Assembly (NCBI GenBank): GCA_964016885.1
Contig: OZ024761.1
Span: 25,358,001-25,422,000 of the forward strand
Direction of reading: 5' to 3'
Length of the DNA: 64,000 nt
Source: Eledone cirrhosa
Taxonomy: Eukaryota
Part shown: one piece after another, positions 57,841 through 64,000 of the stretch
How the letters are laid out: the number at the start of each line of letters is the position of its first letter
Position numbering within the stretch: the stretch's first letter is position 1
The notes under the pieces: model-generated
Database searches by the model: none
What the model saw: the letters and a program-made list of their open reading frames with translations, nothing else
Told to the model about the DNA's origin: nothing
Made by a program: the position numbers and the translations under genes

Positions 57841-58097
57841 TTTATATCTATATACTACTAAAACTCTGTGTTTGTCTACTTGTCTGTAATTTAAAACAAC
57901 CATAACGGCGCATAATGGGAAAATACCTTGAAAGAAGTTGACCCTGAAATGGAAATACAAATGGAATAAAAGAAGTTGGACGTAAATCGGAACACCGGTT
58001 CCCAGGATACAGAGTTTTCCCGAGTACCTTCATAAATAGCGAGATAGAGAGAGAGACACACACACACACATTATATATATATATATGTATATATAAT

Positions 58098-58283
58098 GTG
58101 ACGGTGGATTGGCAGTATCGGTAGAGGGTCGGACGCCATGCATTCCAGCATAGGTACGTCCCTTTACGATCTGAGTTCAAATCCCGCCGACGTTGACTTT
58201 GCCTTTCATCCTGACGGCGGTCGATAAAATAAAGTACCAGTAATACACTGGTTGATTTGCTGGCCTTGTGCCTAAAGTAGATA
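58098..58283 (+). mobile_element. SINE family A
   Basis: Near-full head-to-tail match. Confidence 0.88.
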
Positions 58284-58326
<43 letters not shown>

Positions 58327-58751
58327 AGGAATTGACTGACCCAGCGTACTTATCAATGTCAGGACCGGTTGTATCTCAGCGTACTCAATAAATAATGTAG
58401 GACACATATTAAAATAACAGATTAAAGTTTAAGCAAAGAATCGCTGCTTTCACCCTTAACGGGATCTTCTGAAACTAATATATATGGGCTTTCCCATTAT
58501 ATATATGTCTGTGTATATTTTAATTATTTAGTGAACATGATTTTCAAAATACATTCTGAAGTGAACGTGACCTAACGGGTCATAGGTTGTCTAGTATATA
58601 TATAAATCCCTATTTATCTTTATCCTTTTATCCCCATAAATATCTTCTGACTTCTCCCATATTAGGGGGTTGTTATTAGCCCGTAGATATAGTAAAGTTT
58701 CATTGTTTCCGCCTTTTCAGTTATGAACACTTAATGGTTGTGAATTAGCCA

Positions 58752-58939
58752 ATAATTGTTTCTACTTTTTGGCACAAGGCCAGCAATTACAGAGTGCATT
58801 ACTGGTACTTTATTTTATCGACCCCGTAAGGATGAAAGGCAAAGTCAACCTCGGCGGGATTTGAACTCAGATCGTAAAGGGATGTAACTATGCTGGAAAG
58901 CATGGCGTCCCACCCTCTACCAATACTGGCAATCCACCG
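58752..58939 (-). mobile_element. SINE A with long target-site duplication
   Basis: gaattagccaataattgtt at 58742-58760 and 58939-58957. Confidence 0.9.
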
Positions 58940-59363
58940 AATTAGCCAATAATTGTTCACAGACTGCCACATTGAATTCTTTGCTTAGTTCTGCCTGGAC
59001 ACTGTAGCCTCTGAGTTCAAATACCGCCGACGTCAGCTCTCCCTTTCAAACATTCGAGTTACATTGCCGTCTTGTCAGCGGGACGCAGCACTTCTGCCCT
59101 TGGACCTAAGCCCACAGCCCTATCCCTCCTCTCCTTCACCTCCATTTCGTCTGCGACATTACAGCTATTGTCATCTCCTCCCTTTCGCGTTTTTATTTTT
59201 TATTTTTTCCTATATTCCTTTATTCTCTCTTTCCTTTTGTTTCCCTTTTTTAAATTTATTTATTTATAAAAATTACCATTTTAACATTTTTACACCTCGT
59301 TTTCACTCTGTCCTTCTCTGGGAGTAATCAGCTGTGTACAGGCTTTCCATATAATATTCCAGG

Positions 59364-59628
59364 CTGAATCTCCCTGAGAATCACGTTAAGAACACACCTG
59401 TCTTTGGAATGCTCTATCAGCCACCGTGGTATATAGGTCTCTGTGCTAAACTGAATCTCCCTGAGGATTACGTTAAGGGTACAACTGTCTGGAAAATGCT
59501 CTGACACGCAGCATGTTATATAGGCCATTACGAGACACTGAATCTATGTCAAAGGGTACACTTGCCTCGGCAATTCTGAATCTCCCCGAGACCTACGTTA
59601 AGGGTACACGTGACTGTGGAATGCTCTT
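59364..59628. repeat. Diverged 87-bp tandem repeat
   Basis: ctgaatct at 59364, 59451, 59538 and 59576. Confidence 0.75.
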
Positions 59629-59720
59629 CTACAGTCAAGTTAATTTCAAGAGCAGTCTGTTCTGTTGAACCAAAGAATTGCGACACGTATACTTCGAAAC
59701 CAACAGAGGTCCAACACTCC

Positions 59721-59767
<47 letters not shown>

Positions 59768-60224
59768 GCTTGTCTGCGACTGCCTGTGCGTGTGCGTGTG
59801 CGCGTGTGTGTGGAAGAGAGAGTGTATGTGAGTTAAAGAGAAAGAAACAGACAAAAACACAAAAAAAACGCACATATATATATATATATATATATAGACA
59901 GAGACACAACCAGGCACACACACACGGAAAACGAACACTACATGCCGTAGGATTTCGCATATGCAGAGAGAGAGGGGGGTAGAGAGAGGGGCGTAGAGAG
60001 AGAGGGGGGTAGAGGTGAGTGAGATAGAGGGGAGAGAGAGAGGGGAGAGAGAGAGGGGAGAGAGAGATGGGAGAGAGAGATGGGAGAGAGAGATGGGAGA
60101 GAGAGAGGAGAGAGAGAGATGGGTGAGGGAGAGAGAGGAGAGAAACAATGCGTTGTAATAGATTGTTATTTTATGTTAATATCGAGATGATTGGAATAAG
60201 ATATAAGGCACAACGACCAGAAAC

Positions 60225-60942
60225 CACCATCACCAACTACCACCACCACACCACCACCACAACCACCACCTCCACCACAACACCACCACAACCGCCACCA
60301 CAACACCACCACCACCATAACCACCACCACAACACCACCAAAACCGCCACCACAACACGTCCACAACCGCCACCACAACACGTCCACAACCGCCACCACA
60401 ACACCACCACCACCGCCACCACAACCACCACCACAACACCACCAAAACCGCCACCACAACACGTCCACAACCGCCACCACAACACCACCACAACCACCAC
60501 AACACCACCACAACACCACCACCACCACAACACCACTACAACCGCCACCACAACACCACCACAACACCACCACCACCACAACACCACCACAACACCACCA
60601 CCACAACCACAACACCACCACAACACCACCACAACACCACCACAACACCACCACAACACCACCACAACACCACCACAACACCACCACAACCGCTACCACA
60701 ACCGCCACCACAACCACCACAACACCACCACCACAACACCACCACAACCACCACCACAACACCACCACAACCGCCACCACAACACCACCACAACCGCTAC
60801 CACAACACCACCACAACCACCACAACACCACCACAACAACACCACCACCACACCACCACAACCGCCACCACAACACCACCACAATCACCACAACACCACC
60901 ACCACAACACCACCACAACCGCCACCACAACAGCAACAACAA
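60225..60942. repeat. (CAC/CAA)n low-complexity tract
   Basis: Direct inspection. Confidence 0.95.
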
Positions 60943-61134
60943 TGAGGACATAGACAAGCAGTGTGTGGTGGGACAAGGAAGAGAAAGGTGTCGACGTGTC
61001 AACAGGGTTGTGTGTGAAAAAGAACTAAATACATTGTTTCAAATATCCTATTCTGATTGATGCGATACATGGTAAGAACATGCCATCAATCCTGATATTG
61101 TTGAACCAACACCTCCACCACCACCAACACCTCC

Positions 61135-61440
61135 ACCACCAGCAACTGTAGTAGCACCGCTAAGCCAACACCCCCACCACCACCAATACCACCACCACCA
61201 GTTGCAGTTGCAGCACCACCAGCAACTGTAGCAGCACCGCTAAGCCAACACCCCCACCACCACCAATACCACCACCACCAGTTGCAGTTGCAGCACCACC
61301 AGCAACTGTCGTAGCACCGCTAAGCCGACACCCCACCACCACCAATGCCACCACCACCACCAGTTGCAGTTGCAGCACCACCAGCAACAGTAGCAGCACC
61401 TCTAAGCCAACACCCCACCACCACCATCAATACCACCATC
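61135..61440. repeat. 80-bp minisatellite
   Basis: agcaac at 61141, 61221, 61301 and 61383. Confidence 0.9.
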
Positions 61441-62113
61441 ACCACCAGCAACAGTAGCAGCCCCTCTAAGCCAACACCCTACCTCCATAACCAGAGCGCC
61501 TCTAAGCCAACACCCTACCTCCATAACGAGCAGCGGCACCAGCACCACCAGCAGCACCTCTAAACCAGCACCACCAACACCAACACTACACTGACACCTC
61601 TACAAGTACCACCAGAAGCACCAACACCCATACCAACATTAGCAGCAGTAGTATCCCACCAAAACTAACACCCACACCACCACCAACACCAACACTACAC
61701 TAACACCACTACTACACTAACACCTCTACAAGCACCACCAGAAGAACCAACACCCATACCAACATTAGCTGCAGTAGTATCCCACCAAAATTAACACCCA
61801 CACCACCATCACCACCATACTGGCTTGTTAATGGATAACAGGAACAGCATGATTAAATATTATTGTGTACTTGGGAGAGAGAGATAGATAGAGAGAGATT
61901 GGGGTGAGAGAGAGAGAGAGAGAGATTGGGGGGGGGGAGATTGGGGGGAGAGAGAGAAATAGGGGAGATATGGGTAGATTTAGAAGGATCGAGAGAGAGA
62001 TAGGGAGAGGGTAAAATAAATGGCGGCTTAGTCATATATATATATATATATATATATATGTATACACACGAGCAAATTATATATTGATATATACACGGAC
62101 ACACATATGTATG

Positions 62114-62167
<54 letters not shown>

Positions 62168-62859
62168 TTATATATAAAGGAACGGGGATAGATAAAGGAA
62201 CAGAGATAGTGTGAGAGAGGGAGAAATCTGTAGAGGGCGAGACAGAGGGAGGAAAACACCGAGAGGGTAATAACAGACAAAGATAGGGCATGGACGAGCA
62301 ATGGAGTAACATATAAAGAGAATAGAGCTAATGTTCAGGTGAGAGAGGGTAGACTGTAGAAAAGAATGAGGAGAGAGAAGCAGGTTTTACATTAATTCGT
62401 TGAAGGTTTAACATGGAACGTGTGATATCATATCGGCGGCTAGCGGCCATTTTGTGGACGGAAATGAATAAAGATCATGTGATTGTGTGATATAATTGTT
62501 CAGAAAGCAGGGTCCCAAGAGATATAATCAGCACACTATGTTCAGTTTTTCTTGTCTGGGTATTCGTAGCATTCATTTCCTGTGTTTTATTCACAAACAC
62601 ATGCTACTGTATGTATGTATATATGTATATATGTATGTATGTATGCATATTCGTGTGCATGCAAGTAGGTTCGTGTTTATGCCTGAATGTGTGAAAATGT
62701 AAAGGAATATATATATATATATACATGCATACATAAATAAATATATATATATATATATACGTGCATACATAAATATATATATATATATATATATATACGT
62801 GCATACATAAATATATATATATATATATATATATACATAAATATATATATATACACACA

Positions 62860-62897
<38 letters not shown>

Positions 62898-63297
62898 ACT
62901 AAATATATATACATACATAGATGCTTAAATAAATGCATATATATATAGAAAACTTCATAAACATGCACCATATACATATATATATATATTAACGTGTGCG
63001 GTTAAGAAGCTTATTCAATTTTTCTCGAATTTTCCTAATGTGCACAATTATTATTCTTATTATGATAGCCATTAATACTGTTAAAACATTTATTACAAAT
63101 TACAGTCAATTATCAAACAATTCTTATATAATCCTCAAATAATTCTAGACTGTATAATATATTTATGTTATATTGGTATATAACATCTTTATAATCCTAA
63201 TATATATAGTAATGATAATAAATTTGAACACTGAAATCCAAAGAGGGCTCGATAAGTATAAATACATGTCAAATATATAAGAACCGTAGAGCAAATG

Positions 63298-63368
63298 TTT
63301 ATTAAAATAACAGATTAAAGTTTAAGCAAAGAATCTTTGCTTAAACTTTAATCTGTTAATTTAATAAA
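63298..63368. repeat. Near-perfect palindrome
   Basis: taacagattaaagtttaagcaaaga-a-tctttgcttaaactttaatctgtta; the left arm also occurs at 58408-58442. Confidence 0.9.
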
Positions 63369-63375
63369 TATATAC

Positions 63376-63406
<31 letters not shown>

Positions 63407-63457
63407 TATATATCTATATGTAAAATACACACAAACACATATGTATAAGATATATCC

Positions 63458-63506
<49 letters not shown>

Positions 63507-63627
63507 ACCAAAATACTATTAAGGATGTCATGTTTGAGAAACATGCAGCATACCCTCTGTAGAATAAGCTCAAATATTCTAAGGGACAAATCCAAGCATT
63601 TATTAACATTAAATTAAAAATCGATTG

Positions 63628-63658
<31 letters not shown>

Positions 63659-63695
63659 ATTCACAAGAATCCAAGCTATGTTCAAAGCATGTATT

Positions 63696-63742
63696 CACTT
63701 ACAATTGTTTCATCAAAACATAGGCTTGGTGTCTTCGGAGCA
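63696..63742 (-). ncRNA. Hammerhead-like motif with CCGA core
   Basis: tgct-CCGAAGA-caccaagcctatgttttgat-GAAAC-aatt-GTA-agtg; flank related to 42259-42300. Confidence 0.45.
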
Positions 63743-64000
63743 TTTTTCAATGTTTGTACATATAATTGACCTCCTATCCAACGCAAGAGACATCCAGATA
63801 CATATATATATATATTGATGTACAGTGGAGTGACATATATTATACTATATTTGTACAGCAATTCAAATTCAAAATCAAAATAAAAATTAAAATACATGTG
63901 GCAGATAACACAGATAATGCAAGAGGATAGTTTGATAGTCAGATCTAGTAGGTAGTGTATGCGTTAGTTACACATGTATATAAATGAGACAAACTTGCAT

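Noticed and set aside
60148-61002. Pro/His/Thr-rich or Val/Trp/Cys-rich ORFs
   Set aside because: Trinucleotide-derived low complexity, open in multiple frames on both strands.

Overview
AT-rich, microsatellite-dominated animal genomic DNA with a 200-N scaffold gap at 22287-22486. The SINE and LINE content suggests an octopod cephalopod (inference, not database-checked). Almost all ORF-track entries are artefacts of (TA)n, (CA)n, (GA)n or (CAC)n repeats, and no complete host gene is recognisable. Supported content: many copies of one tRNA-derived SINE; 3' remnants of CR1, L1/Tx1, RTE and Vingi/Ingi-like LINEs (the CR1 piece is stop-free for about 310 codons); a non-autonomous Helitron; mariner- and piggyBac-type MITEs; and several minisatellites. 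The most notable signals are (1) about ten minimal type-I hammerhead-ribozyme-like motifs from several unrelated Penelope-like short repeats, often in inverted or fold-back arrangements beside TA tracts, three with a CCGA core; (2) a ~600-bp imperfect fold-back at 55.76-56.36 kb; and (3) a candidate promoter with a micro first exon near 49.55-49.86 kb.
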